DNA of 64,000 nucleotides from Eledone cirrhosa (lineage: Eukaryota). The notes below the pieces were generated by a model. The model searched no databases and was not told the origin of the DNA. It worked only from the letters and a program-made list of their open reading frames with translations. Shown here piece after piece: positions 14,045 through 29,782 of the stretch; the first letter of the stretch is position 1; each line of letters begins with the position of its first letter. The stretch lies in the NCBI GenBank assembly GCA_964016885.1, contig OZ024740.1, positions 164,114,001-164,178,000 on the forward strand, read 5' to 3'. Both the position numbers and the translations under genes were made by a program.

Positions 14045-15697
14045 CAAGTTTACCAAGTTTAGAAATAATACCTTAGCGTCGGGAAATTTTGTAAATCAAA
14101 TTGAATACGGAATGAAACGAAACAACCACACTGTTACATAAAGTAAAAAGACCAATTTACAACTAGCAATAGCTATAAAGCCCAGTTTCCTAACCTGGGA
14201 GATTTCAACTGTTGGGTGGTCGTTAACCTTTTTTCTCGGACATGAATTAGACAAGGGAAGACCAATAGCAACTTTACCAGTAAAATTAAGAAGTGACTTC
14301 AGGATAAAGACACCAACGTCGTCAGCACCGAGAGATCACTTATAAAATTCTCATATGATGACTTCTAAGAACTCTGACAACAGGCCGGTGACAAGGAGGC
14401 ACCGACGACAATTCTAGAAAAAATATGAGAATCCCAAGATGGAACTTGTTCTAAGTTAAATGCGCACGCTCATATAAGCAGACAGACATGTGCAGTTGTT
14501 GGATTTACTGATTGCACACTCTTGAAATCTCGTATTTGAAAATGGACTTGGTGAACGAAACTTTTGATATCCATTGTTGCTGCTACTTTCTCTGTTTGTT
14601 ACGATTTTTCAACACTCCAATGTCTCAATTGAAGAACATTTGTTATTGGTTTATCACTTCTCATCAGAGAATTTTCCATACAAATTGTCGAAGCGACAGT
14701 TGTGGGAATCAATGATTAACGAGGGTTTATGTTCATTTAAAAAAAAATGAAAATATTCAACCTTGTGAGGAGATGCAGTTCACTGATCAGTTGTTACTTG
14801 ATTCAAAATGTTAGATTTATTGAAGCTATTTTTTAATGAACATAACATCTCAATGAACAATATTGTTGGCTGTGCTTCTGATGGAGCACCTACTTTGGCA
14901 GGGGGATACAGAGTTTTCTCTTCTCTCTTAAAACTTGAATTTTCGCATCTCGTTTTAACAGTTCACTGTATTGCTCACCGGCAGCATTTAATGGCAACAA
15001 ATACCAACGTCAGGCTTATTGATATATTGCAGTTAGTTAGGGAAACTGTGAACAAACTAAAATCGAATTCTTTGTCTAAACGAATTTTCCGAAGCTTTTG
15101 TACCATACTGAATTGTGATTGTTGTCAAAAGGCAACTGTGTTGTCCATTTTGTCGAAATGTCCGATACAATAATTCTTTTTTTCAAAATACTTCAGTATC
15201 TACTTCTCTGATTGTTTCAAAATGTGATATTTCTTTCCTTAGCGACATATTCGCCAAACTAAATGATCTCACAAAACGCTTGTCGAATGTAAATCGTCCA
15301 TCACTGCCTTCATTTATAAATTAATGTTATATAATATTTCAAGACGTCAACTTCACCAGTTTCAACCGTTGGATAGCTTGAAAGATGAATTAATTGAAGA
15401 GAATGCTATTGCATGTCGTAATTATTTGCAATCATTGCTTGAAGACATTGCATAGCGATTTTAGGATATTATCGTATTATTTGTTCCAGGTGGATATAAC
15501 AACTCACTTGAAGTCCAAGTGATCGATCGCGAAGACGATGTGCAGGAAGAATTGATAGATTTACAAATGACAATGATGACACATCGGCTTCATGGTAAAC
15601 ATTGCTTCTGGTATCATCAAAGTATAGTGACATCGTATCCCAATCAAACAAAGTTTAATAAAATGCAGTTTGACTTCATTATTTCTTTCCTATTTAA

Positions 15698-17690
<1,993 letters not shown>

Positions 17691-17742
17691 ACTCTCAAAG
17701 TAAAGGGTGTCATGAATGATACAAAATCAAACATATGTCTTG

Positions 17743-17786
<44 letters not shown>

Positions 17787-17862
17787 TATATATATATACA
17801 TACATACTTATAATATTATTATATATGCGCATACACATATATATATATATACATATATATAC

Positions 17863-17894
<32 letters not shown>

Positions 17895-17912
17895 CATATA
17901 TATGATATATTC

Positions 17913-17969
<57 letters not shown>

Positions 17970-17985
17970 TATAAATACACACACA

Positions 17986-18069
<84 letters not shown>

Positions 18070-18238
18070 AACTAGAAATAAAAAAATATATAACATATTG
18101 TAGACCCAAGAAATCTTCTTTTGAAGCGCAAATGCTGAAACTTATTTTTCTTCTTAAAGATATAAGTACAAACAAATAAATAATTAAAATACAATTCTCA
18201 AGAGCACTTAAAAGTCCACAAATGTTTCCCTAAAAGAA

Positions 18239-18728
18239 ATGTGTGTGCGTATGTGTGTGTATGGATGTGTGTGTGTATGTATGTGTATGTGTGAGTGTAT
18301 GTGTGTGTATGTATGTGTGTGTTTGTGTTTGTGTGTATGTATTTGTGTGTGTGTGTGTGTGTATGTGTGTGTGTGTGCGTGTAAATGTGTGTGTGTGCGT
18401 ATGTGTGTACATATGTGTGTATGTGTATGTGTGTCTATATGTGTTTGTATATATGCGTGTGCCTGTATGTGTGCGTGTGTGTGTATGCCTGTATGTGTGT
18501 CTATGTGTGTGCGTGCATATGTGTGTGCGTATCTGTGTGTGTGTATGTATGTGTGTGCGTATGTGTGTGTGTATGTGTGTGTGTATGCTTGTGCATGTGT
18601 GTGTGTGTGCCTGTATGTGTGTGAATGTGTATGTGTGTGTGTGCTTGTATGTGTGCGTGTGTATGTGTATAGATGTGTGTGTGAATATATGTGTGTGTGT
18701 GTGTGTGTGTATGCCTGTATGTGTGTGA

Positions 18729-18770
<42 letters not shown>

Positions 18771-18865
18771 CTGTATGTATCCTTGTGTGTGGGTGTATAG
18801 GTGTGTGTGTATGTATGTATGTATGCCTGTATGTGTGTGTGTGTGTATGCCTGTGTGTGTGTGTG
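18239..18865. repeat. Long degenerate (TG)n/(TATG)n microsatellite
   Basis: Direct inspection. Confidence 0.95.
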
Positions 18866-19089
18866 TTCTGTCTGATGAGAAAAACATGGAGAGCCCAATG
18901 TAAAAAGTAAACGTTGTAAATAGACACATTGATAACAAAACAATCCAAAGGCTGTTTCAACAGACAATAAACACCAGAAGAACAATTGTATTAACACGAA
19001 AAAATAGTTTCCAGTTTTTCTTTTTGTTTATTAAAAAGAACTTTATCAGAAAATGATATGTTCACACATTATCTAGGATGGCTTTTTTT

Positions 19090-19169
19090 CATTATAACCA
19101 TCGTAGTCATCACCGTCGTATAGTGTCTTTGTCATGGTCATCATCATTATCATTATCATTGTTGCCGTA

Positions 19170-19206
<37 letters not shown>

Positions 19207-19207
19207 A

Positions 19208-19239
<32 letters not shown>

Positions 19240-19466
19240 CCATCCTTGACGTGGTCGCCACCACCACGACCACGACAACGACGACGACACACCAACACCT
19301 CTTCCTTCTTCACTTTCCATCGCAGCTCTCCTCCTCCTCCTCCTTCTTCTTCTCCTCCTCCCCCTTCTTCTTCTCCTCCCCCGCCTCCTCCACCACCTCC
19401 ACCTCCTCCGCATCCTCCTCCTCCTCCTCCTCCTCCTCCTCATCATCATCATCATCATCCTCCTCC

Positions 19467-19498
<32 letters not shown>

Positions 19499-20200
19499 GT
19501 TATAATCATCATCATCATCATCATCGCTATAATCATCATCATCATTGCTATAATCATCATCACCATCCTCACCATCATCATCATCATCATCATCATCATC
19601 TTCCTTGCCGTGGTCGTCAGTATTAACATCCTCCTTGCCGTGGTCGTCAGCCTCAACATCTACCTTGACGTGGTCGTCAGCACCACCACTATCATTTTCT
19701 TTACCATTTTCATCTTCCATCGCAGTTCTCATACTCCCCCTCCTCCTCTTAATGAATATCACTATCAACATCATCACCGTCGACATCATCATCATTAAAA
19801 TCATCCTTATAACCAACAGCAGCAGCAATTACTGCAACACGCCCAGCTGCAGTATCCTTGCAGCAGCACCCACTGCAGCCACAGAAGCACCAGCAACACC
19901 AGCAACACCAGCAACAACAGCAACAACAGCAACAGCAGCGGCAGCAGCAGCAGCAGCAGCACCACCACCACCACAAATAAAACAATCATACAACTACTAA
20001 CTACTACCATCGCCAACAACACCACTAAAACACACCACCACCATCACTACCATCATTAATATAATGATGATGATGATCATCATCATCATAATCAACTCCA
20101 TCATCATCATCATAACCATCATCACCATCATTATCATCATCATCATCATCATCATAATCATCATTGTGCACATCGCCATCGTCATCCACATTGTCAACGT
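19090..20200. repeat. Compound trinucleotide region (CAT)n/(CCT)n/(CAG)n/(CAC)n
   Basis: Direct inspection; includes short repeats of ccttg(a/c)cgtggtcg(t/c)ca. Confidence 0.9.
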
Positions 20201-20271
20201 CAAAATTTCTGTCACAATCAATTATGTCACTAATTTTTTTCAAAAGAAATCATAACTCTTATTATTATTAT

Positions 20272-21140
20272 AGGTATTGGTAGAGGGTCGGACGCCATGT
20301 TTTGCAGCATAGAGTTACGGCTTTTTATGATCTGATTTCAAATCCTGCCGAGGTTAACTTTGCCTTTCATCCTTACGGGGTCGATAAAATAAAGTACCAG
20401 TCACGCACTGGAGTCGATTTAATCGACTTTCCCCTCCCCTACAATTGCTGGCCTTGTGCCGATATAGAAACCATTATTGGCAGTATTGGTAGAGTGTCGG
20501 ACGCCATGCTTTGAAGCATAGAGTTACCTCCCTGTATGATCTGAGTTCAAATACCGCTGAGGTTAACTTTGCCTTTCATCCTTACGGGATCGATAAAATA
20601 AAGTACCAGTAATGCACTGGGTATTTGTTGGCCTTGGGCCAAAAGTATGATGATGTGGGCCATGGATTGGCAGAATCGACAGAGCGTCAGTCAGACAACA
20701 TGCTTTGTGGCATATAGTTACAACCATTAACATTCTGTGTTCAAATCACGCCGAAGCTAACTTTGCATTTCATCCTTACGGAGACGATAGAATAAAGTAC
20801 CAGTAATGCACAAGGAGTCGATTTTATCGACTTTTCCCTTCCCTTCAAATTGCTGTTATCAAATTGCAATTATTTACATCGTTGATACTTCCACTACTAC
20901 AACATCAACTACTACTACTAATAAAAATGATAATAGTTTCTACTTTAGGCACAATCCAACAATTTTAGGTGAGGGAAAGTCGATTAAATAAATTTCAGTG
21001 TATTCCTGGAGCTTTATTTTATCGAGCCTGTAAGGATGAAAAGCAAAGATAACTTTGGCGGTATTTGAACTCAGATCGTAAACGACCGTAATGCTGCAAA
21101 GAATGGCGTCCGACGCTCTACCGATACTGCCAATCTACCG
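20272..21140. mobile_element. tRNA-derived SINE cluster: three tandem + copies (20272-20850) and one - copy (20940-21140)
   Basis: Same A/B box and body as the 15.7 kb copies. Confidence 0.85.
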
Positions 21141-21239
21141 TAATAATAATACTTACTAATAAATAACTATAGGAATCATGCCAACTTAATATTCCATCGG
21201 AAGAAGGAAAATAAAGAAATAAAAGAACACGGCCATTTT

Positions 21240-23110
21240 ATAGAGTATGTACCACTAACCTTTGTACCGAAAGTAAATAACCTACACAAAAAAGTAGCAT
21301 AAGTTGTAATCAAAGAAGTTGGCTACAAGGCAGATAAACCGAAAACGGACTAGCAAACACCTTGGTGGAAAAGACGAATAGAAACTAGCATAAATATGTT
21401 GAGATGAGTAGTAAGCCAACTACATACTCTAAAAGAAGGTGCACTGAGGAAGGAAGGAGTCACAAAAGCACTAAAGAGAGAATATAATGTAAAACAGAAA
21501 AGTGCCAACAAAGGCAGCTAAGATAAAACGATACGAGCGTAGAATAGAACAGTTCCAGCAGAACAGGTTGTTACGGAATAATTAGAAGAGACTGTTTGAG
21601 AAACTAGAGAAATAGAATGACACAGCAATAAAGTACTAAACTCAGAGGGAAGGGTTTTGTTTTTGAATGGTATATGTTGCAAGAATGTTAGCCATGAGGA
21701 GGGGAGGTAGATAAGAGAAGCAGAAAATGAACTGAGACAAATAAAAAAGCAGGTTGATATAATAATCACTTCGGAGCTCCTTGCAAAAGAAGCTGCAAAA
21801 CTATCATATTGGAAGGCACTCAGAATAGACGGCTGGATAATTTTAATACGCCAAGGTAAGTGCTGGCACATGAAGGACAAATAGAAAGGTTCAACTTCTG
21901 AAACGCACCTCCCTTTACTATAGAAAGAACTGTTAACGAGAACGTGAAAGAACTGGAGACGCTTGTCGGCTCAGTGTGAGTATTTAACAATGACATAATA
22001 ATTGAGTCTAGTATTTCTTTGTGATGAAGAGAGGCAAATGCAATAAAAGTGATGGCATGAATGACACAGATGATGGATATAAATATCTAGGGTATTGGAA
22101 GTCAATGGTATAACAGATGGACTAAGGAAAAACAAAATCAGAAGAGAGTTCCACCGAAGTGTAAAAAGGATATTAAAATCCAAACTCAATGGCATAAATA
22201 CTATCAGCACCATGAACTAAAGAGCAGTAGCCATCATCAAATACAGCACAGGAATAATAAAATGAATGAAGTGGGAACTTGAAAAGTTAGACTGAAAAAG
22301 AAAAAAGGTGAGAGATACAAAGTGATGGAAGGGGAAAAATTGAAGTCCTCAAAACTAGAAAGCAACGACATGAGCAGAAAAGTTTATACGGAAATATTTT
22401 CTGAAATACTAATGAATATCGAGAGGAGAAGTCAATAAATCACTAAAGAAGGGATATCTGATGAGAGAGAGGGGGAGAGGGAGAGAGAGAGAGAGATAGA
22501 GAGTGAGAGATAGAGGAGGAGAGAGATGGGGTTTAATTTTAGCTGTACAAGAAGAGGCAATCAGAACGAGATGTATCAGAAGTGATATAAATAAGGAAGA
22601 CATCTCGATTACACGTATAATGTGGGGTGGTAGAGAAGAGACGGTGGTGCATGTGATCTCTGCATGCAAGATGCTTGATATCTAGCAATCCAAATATCAA
22701 GTATACTAAAGACATGGCAAACTCTGTATATATGTTTACTGGTCAATGTGCAAACAATATATATATCAGGTGTCTGATAAATGGTGCCAGCATGTCCCAG
22801 TAGTGATATTAATGACAGAGATAAACTCGAGATACTCTGGACCTTTACTAACCAAACTAACCTGATATTGCAGATATGCTCGGTGAATGCCAGAATATTG
22901 ATGATACCATCACAGGAGGCTAAAATATAGTATTGTAAGAAATTGAAAAATAACAATATACTGAATTGAAAATCGAAATTACATGAGTGGGGTCAATACT
23001 GTCTCGACATTGCACTCGTCATCACAAAACTGAGAGGGTATCTTACACAAATAAACCTAGAATCACAAGTCGCTTTCGGAAAGATTGCACTGTTGTGTGT
23101 GCACATATAT
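21240..23110 (+). mobile_element. Heavily decayed RLE-type (R4/Dong-like) non-LTR retrotransposon
   Basis: Remnants PWWKRRIE, YKYLGVLE, ILKSKLNG.N.I, LILAVQEEAIRTR, EETVVHVISACKML (CCHC), ILWTF; many stops and frameshifts. Confidence 0.7.
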
Positions 23111-23204
23111 ATAAGAAATTACTGTTTGTTTAAGTTTAAGGCCCTTATTGAGATTCGACAGACAGTAGAATACTAAGAAATTATCTTATTTACTACAATA
23201 ATAA

Positions 23205-23770
23205 TAATATTTTCTGATTTAGGCACAAGGCCAATTAAATCGACCCTAGTGCATTACAGGTGCTTTATTTCATCGACCCTGTAAGGCTGAAAGGCGGTAT
23301 TTAGCTAATAATAATGGTTTCTTATATAGGCACAAGGCCAGCAATTTGGGGAGTGGGGAAAGTCGATTAAATCGACTCCATTGCGTGACTGGTACTTTAT
23401 TTTATCGACCCCGTAAGGATGAAAGGCAAAGTTTACCTCGGCGGGATTTGAACTCAGATCATAAAGGGCCATAACTCTAAGCTGCAAAACACTACCGATT
23501 CTGCCAATCCACCGCCCTTCCACCGCTAATAATAATTGTTTCTACTTTAGGTACAAGGCCAGCAATTACCCAAATAATAATTGTTTCTACTTTAGGCACA
23601 AGGCCAGCAATTACTCAGTCAGTGCATTACTGGTACTTTATTTTATCGACCCTGTAAGGATGAAAGGCAAAGTCAACCTCGGCGGGATTTGAACTCAGAT
23701 CGTAAAGGGACGTAACTATGCTGGAAAGCATGGCGTCCGACCCTCTACTGATACTGCCAATCCACCGCCC
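23205..23770 (-). mobile_element. tRNA-derived SINE cluster (2 full copies plus fragments)
   Basis: Reverse complement of the SINE consensus. Confidence 0.85.
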
Positions 23771-24289
23771 TCATAATCCACCGCCCAAATAATAATAATA
23801 AGACATTAGGATGGAGTTCGGCATTTCAAAATGGGCAATGATAGAGGTGAAGCGTGGAAAGTTGTGATGGAATCTGTTATGTCCTTATGGATAAACGAAT
23901 ACACTGCAACAGTGTAATAATATAATCGAAACAAACGGCAATAACTATACGTAACGGAACAAGAATCTTTTAAGAACCAACGATCCAACATGCTAACTCG
24001 AACTGTGAACTTGAACTCCAGCTTTGACTATCAACACAAGAACTGTGGAACTAGTACCAACTTTCCCCCTTACTCAGGTGGATACTATTTATATGTAGTG
24101 GTCCAGCCCATTCTCGCCAGGGGGCGTTGTACTCTCGCACAACAGAATCGAACTCCCAAACAGTGAAAGAATCAAGTCACTGAAACAGATGAAGCTATAC
24201 ATATCTAGGTGTGCTACAAAGCCATAAAGTAAACAACAACAAAATGAAAGAAATTGTCAGAAAAGAGTAATTTCGAAGATTGTGGATGA

Positions 24290-24710
24290 TTCTCAAGTCC
24301 AGTTTGAATGGTGGAAATACTGTGCAGGCAATAAACACCGAAATGCAAATGATATTGAAGGGGGACCAAAAATACAAATGATATCAACACTACAAAATAC
24401 CAACATAAATCATATGGTACAGGCATACACCAGGCACCAGAAAAGAAGTGAGAGAATAACAAATTAATTATACACATAGATAGGGAGATTAGAACTAAAC
24501 GACACGAAGAAAAATATATCTTCTAATTGATGTATTAATCCTCACAGACGACAATATATCTATCAAGGCAATGGAGAAATTATCCTAATATAAACATTTG
24601 GACATAGAAATAACCCAAATGTGGATGATGACAACAAAAACAACCCCAACCTCTAATAATATGTGCTCTGGGAATAGAACACTGTCGGAAAGAAGTGAAA
24701 TATTTACTGG
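24290..24710 (+). mobile_element. RLE-type LINE 3' fragment
   Basis: Similar to 26400-26800 (ILW..P....REI..N..D region, KMW, P.IICALG). Confidence 0.45.
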
Positions 24711-25364
24711 TAATGTTAGATAAAAACATAAAAACTCCGACAAGAGTTTCTCTCCAAAACATCAGATTTCTCTTCTTCACAACATATCTTCCAGTTTGTG
24801 AAATTTTGTATTGCTTACATTGGTTTCTATTATATATCTGGCTATCTAATTGTGATTCGACATTAGCTTTTATAGTTTATCTTATGACAATATCTTCACT
24901 GGTTATCTTACGTCACATGACTGAAGAGCCACGTCACGTCCACAATGGTGTTAAGTTTACACTAAGAAATGTTAAACCTTAATGTACTGTACAAGGCATT
25001 AACATATGTTGAACACGTCTTTAGACATTTTTGACATATGGTCCGGAGGTTTAATTCTGAAAATAATTATATTTAGTAGTAATAATTTGTATTGAAATAA
25101 CAACAACGACGACAACGACAGCAACAACAACAACAACATCATCATCAACAACAACAATAACAACAATAATGGTTTCTGATTTAGGCACAAAGTCAACAAT
25201 TTGGGGATGGGTAAAGTCGATTAAATCAACTCCAGTGCGTTACTGGTAATATATTTTATCTACATATTACACAACACGAAATATAGTGTCATTACATCAA
25301 GTAAAAACAAGATGTTGGGTTATAATCTTTATACATAAAATAACAACAACAACAACAGCAAATA

Positions 25365-25572
25365 ATGGTTTCTTATATAGGCACAAGGCCAGCAATTTTG
25401 GGGGAAGGAAAGTCGATTAAATCGACGCCAGTGCGAGACTGGTACTTTATTTTATCGACCCCGTAAGGATGAAAGGCAAAGTTAACCACGGCGAGATTTG
25501 AACTCAGAACGTAAAGAGACGTAAATATGCCGCGAATCAAGGTGTCCGACGCTCTATCGATTCTGCCAATCA
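25365..25572 (-). mobile_element. tRNA-derived SINE
   Basis: Reverse complement of the SINE consensus. Confidence 0.8.
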
Positions 25573-25574
25573 AA

Positions 25575-25945
25575 TAATAATTGCTTCATTTATTGGCCAC
25601 AAGGGCCGACATATAGAGAACAATACAGGGACAGGGACAGTGTTTTTTTTTTACATATATCAACGTGTAAACAATTTAAATAACAATAAGAAAACAAATT
25701 ACATTCCCCAATAGGGGATAACCACCCAGGAATTAGGAAAGGCACCCCTTTCTCCCCGAATTTAACTAGCCTACAGGCGCATGCTCAGAGTAGGCCCATT
25801 CATACGGGCCATTCTCGCCACATTCACCCACCTTTTAGCAAATGTACTGGGGGCGGGGGGCAGCACTTCTCTCTCTACCCTCAACTTCCTTTCCAAGTGA
25901 AATTTGAAAAGGTCGATGAGATATTGGCCGAAATTCCATTAGGAT
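25575..25945 (-). mobile_element. Tx1-like LINE 3' end fragment
   Basis: Reverse complement resembles 1790-1930 (RW.NVARMAR..GP.L) and the cccttgtggc.aataaa terminus at 2148-2163. Confidence 0.7.
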
Positions 25946-26254
25946 TACAAAATAATTATTAAAAACAAAGGAAAAATAATACAAATACCCACAAAACTTG
26001 ACAAAACAAAAGAAAAATTGTTTTCTGTCTTCAAGGAAGACACAAACATATAAATCAAAAGCTGAAATGACAAATATGAACAAAAATAAAAACAAAAGTA
26101 AGAAAAAAAGAGAAACAACAGTAGAAATGGTGAAAAGGCTAAAATATATGTTAAAGACAACTACAGATTGCATTATGGTAACCCCCCCCCCAAAAAAAAA
26201 CTTGTGCTGGCCAATACCACCAAAAGCTGAACAAGGAGGAAATAGACAATAGAT

Positions 26255-26800
26255 GTTCCTTACACAGATCGTTAGACTCCAAGCCGAAATTGAAGGATTC
26301 GTAACACCAGCACAAAATCAAGACACCACCCACCAAGAAATCATTTAAAACACAGTGTTGACTACATCAATTTACTGCAGAAGAGGGGGAAAACAATTCA
26401 TCACATTGTCTCTGGTTGTCCAGCCGTAACCAAGAATGAATATATATACACAGACATGATATAATTGAGATTTATGCACACTGGAAGTTATGCCAACATT
26501 ATGATATACTGACAGAAAAGAAACGGTATAAATATACACAAGAAAATATGTCAAAGAACGACAAAATAACCATACTCTGGAATATGCCAAAACATATAGA
26601 GAGGGAGATCAAAGTTAATCGATAATAAATTGTAGTCAAAAGTCACCAGGAAAAGAAAGGCCTCTCAATCAACCTATCAGCCCTAATGGATCAAGATATC
26701 TCTCTCAAAGAAATAGAGAAATAACCAAATTATAAAAATCTGGAAATAAAGATAACCTGAATGTGGGTGATGAAAACAAACATTCCTTACAAGGATGATG
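26255..26800 (+). mobile_element. RLE-type (R4/Dong-like) LINE fragment, CCHC and endonuclease region
   Basis: AEIEGFVTPAQNQ, HIVSGCP, EYIY.HD, TILWNMP..REIKVNR..IVVK remnants. Confidence 0.65.
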
Positions 26801-27373
26801 GTTTGCTATAAAAACACTCACAATTACGTAACCGAACCTTAAGAGATACACATATGTACAATATACACAGACTAATAAGATAAAATAAATAGATAAATAA
26901 ATATATAAAACACACAACTAAAAACAAATATAGTTAAAAAAACAAATAAAAGTTGGTGCTCTTCTTATACGTGGGTGGGAAACTGCTACAAGGGTTTAAT
27001 CAGAATATCTTTATCTTGATCCAAACCTCACTTCTGTATATTTCCTTTCTACATAATAATCAGTTCCAAAACTATCTACAAGCTGTTCAGATGTTGCAGG
27101 ATAGAGGTGACTCCGTCAGTATTTATTTTCTTGTCAAACGTTTATATGTTGTTCAAGTAGTACTTACTAGCAGTCTTATCCGTCATCAATTTCTTCGTCA
27201 ATTAGTATCATGCGTATTAATGTTTTATGTACGTAATTTAGAAAGTTCATCAACGATTTTGTTCCGAATAACTGTGTTTGATAGATTGGAAGAGGGCGCC
27301 CTACTGTTTCTGCTCTTTTATCTTCAGGCGATTATGAAACTTCCTTGTTGACATTCATGTAATGAGTTATTTA

Positions 27374-29636
27374 CTAGACCACCCGTGACCCAACGGGTCA
27401 CGTTCACTTCAAAATATAAAAAAAAAATCATGTTCACTTAAAAATAATTTTTAAATAATTAAAATATATACAGACATGTATATAATGTAAAATGAAACTG
27501 GAAGGCCCATATATATATACGTGTGAGTATGTATATATATATATATATATATAGTGAAAACATGGACAGGAACAAAAACATAGAGGCAGTACAAATAAAA
27601 GTTTATTAGGTTCACGCTCTTGAGAGTATGTGTGTGTGTTGTTTCGAGCATAAGCCCTTCATCAGGAGAAAAGTGGGTAGGAAGAGAGTTCCGAGGGTGT
27701 GTGGGGGAGTGGTGGAGAGACATTTAGAAAAAAAGGGGGGGAGAGAAAAAACAGTGGAAGGGGTACAAATAAAAATAAAAATAAAAATAAACAAAGATAA
27801 ACAAGTGGTGGAAGGGTGTGAGGCGTGTAAGGGTGGTGGCTGGTGGAGTAGGGAGAGGGAGGCGGGGGTCCGAACGGGGAGGGCTGAAGGGGGTGTTTGT
27901 GTATGTGTGTAGATGTACGTGTGTGTGTGTGCGTGTGTATGTGAATGTGAGAGTTGGGGGAAGAACGAGGTTCCATGGTCAGGAAAAGGTGTGTGCGTGG
28001 GGTGGAGTGTAGGTCGGTGTGTGCGTGCGTGTTGATAGGGAGGGGTAAGAGGGGTGGGGGAGGAGGCTGGCGTGTAGATTCCGGAGGCTGAGTGTGTATA
28101 TGTGGGGGTACGCACGTGTGTGTTGGTGTTTATGCGTGGTATGGATGTGGATGGCGTGATTCGAAAAAACATTGTGAGTGTATGTCTGTGGGTAAGTTTC
28201 TAAGGTAGTTCCGTGGAGTGTGCGATGAGGGGCTGGACATTTTTCATGTTACGGAGTGGATAGCTGGAACGATGTGTTGGTGTGTGTTTGGATGAGTGTG
28301 TGTGTGGTAGAGAAGGTGTTAGTGGGTGTTAGTATACTGGTGGTGGGGAAAGGGTGGATGTGGGTGTGTAAGTGGGGGTTAGTGGTGGTTGGGTGTGTGG
28401 AGTGGGTGGTGTATGTAGGTGTAGGTGGGTGTGGGTGTGAAGTTGTGTGTTCGTGTGCGTGGGGTCGGGGATGTTAGTGATATTAGTTGTGGGGTGGTGG
28501 GAGTGGATGTGAGGGTTAGTGGTAGTAGGGTGTGTGGATAGTGTGAGTGCGTGTATATATGTACAGGTGGGTGTGTGCGTGATAGGGGGTGGGGTGGGGA
28601 TGTTAGTATTGTTAGATGGGGGAGGGTGGACGGGGGGTTGTTAGTATTGTTAGTTGGGGGAGGGGGGCCGGGGGGTTGTTAGTATTGTTAGTTGTGGGGT
28701 GGGTCACGGGGGTGGGGCGGTGAGAAGGAGGAGTGTGTTAGTGGTGTTAGTGGGAGATGTGTGTGTGTGGTGGGGGAGGTGGGAGGGGGAGGTCTGTAGG
28801 GTGAAGATGGTGCGCTGTTCGACCGTGAGGCGGGTGGTGGGTGTTCCGTGGCATTGGAGTAGGCCACAGACTGTGAGGTGGTGGGCGGAATGTCCTGGGG
28901 AGCCAAAGTGGCAGGCGATGGGGGACCTCCCGCCGAGTATAATATTGTTGTAATAATATTGCCAGAAATAATAACAGAATACACTGTTTGGTTGGTTTTC
29001 GCTTCTGTATATTTTATACCTCCATAGTTAATTAATTTGGTCATCAATGTTTATCACTGACTGACCAACGGTAAAAAATACAGATATAAATACATATATA
29101 TATTCTAACAAAGTTCTTTCGTTGCACATATGCAACATCATCAGTGGTACTATTATGTTTCCTCCTGTGGTATTGTATGTCTACGCCATTTTATATATAT
29201 GTATGTATGTATGTGTATGTATATATATGTGGGTGACTGTGATATATATATACACTGGTCATACACACACGCACATATACACACACACATATATACACAA
29301 CAACACCAGCAGCTCTCTCTTTCTCTCTGTTTCTCTCTTCCATTCTTCTTCTCTGTCACCTCTCCCTCTCTCTATGTCTCTATTTCAATCTACTCACTCA
29401 CAACCACTATCTCTTTATCTCTCCCTCTCTCTCTCTGTTTATGAAGGTACCCAGAAAACCCCCATATTCGGGAACTCAATTTACGCGAAACTTGTTTTAT
29501 TCCATTTGTATCCCCATTTCAGGGTCAACTTCCTTTCAAAGTAGTTTTCCATTATGCGCCCCTTTCGCTGTATTACCCTACAGACAAGCAAGCAAGGAAG
29601 CAAGCAAGCAATCACGGAGTTTTAGTAGTATATAGA
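27374..29636 (-). mobile_element. Non-autonomous Helitron carrying a nested insertion
   Basis: Minus strand begins A|TCTATATACTACTAAAACTC (29636) and ends with hairpin CGTGACCC-gtt-GGGTCACG plus GGTGGTCTAG|T (27374); AT target, no TSD. Confidence 0.75.
27553..29000 (-). mobile_element. GT-rich decayed element, possibly PLE-derived, with a disrupted hammerhead; ends at (TA)n inside the Helitron
   Basis: Minus strand CTGATGAA-GGGC ttat GCTC-GAAAC at 27641-27665, with stem III interrupted by a CA repeat; strong strand asymmetry. Confidence 0.5.
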
Positions 29637-29734
29637 TACCATAAACAATTGTATTTTTATATTCAACCAGCATACTGCTTTGTAGATTTTCATGATGTTT
29701 CTCCATTTATTACTTCGTCAAATACGGAATAGTA

Positions 29735-29782
29735 TATGCTTTCATGATGAGATCTTAATAAGACCGAAACATTCAAAGTGTA
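29735..29782 (+). ncRNA. Degenerate type I hammerhead motif
   Basis: atgcttt-c-ATGATGA-GaTCTTA a TAAGACC-GAAA-cat-TC-aaagtgt; C3 replaced and one stem II mismatch. Confidence 0.5.

Noticed and set aside
24918-24950. CTGAAGAG hammerhead start
   Set aside because: No properly placed GAAA or stems I/III.
26953-27351. 132-aa ORF
   Set aside because: Non-ATG start and no motif; the opposite strand may be a decayed LINE 3' end, but support is too weak.
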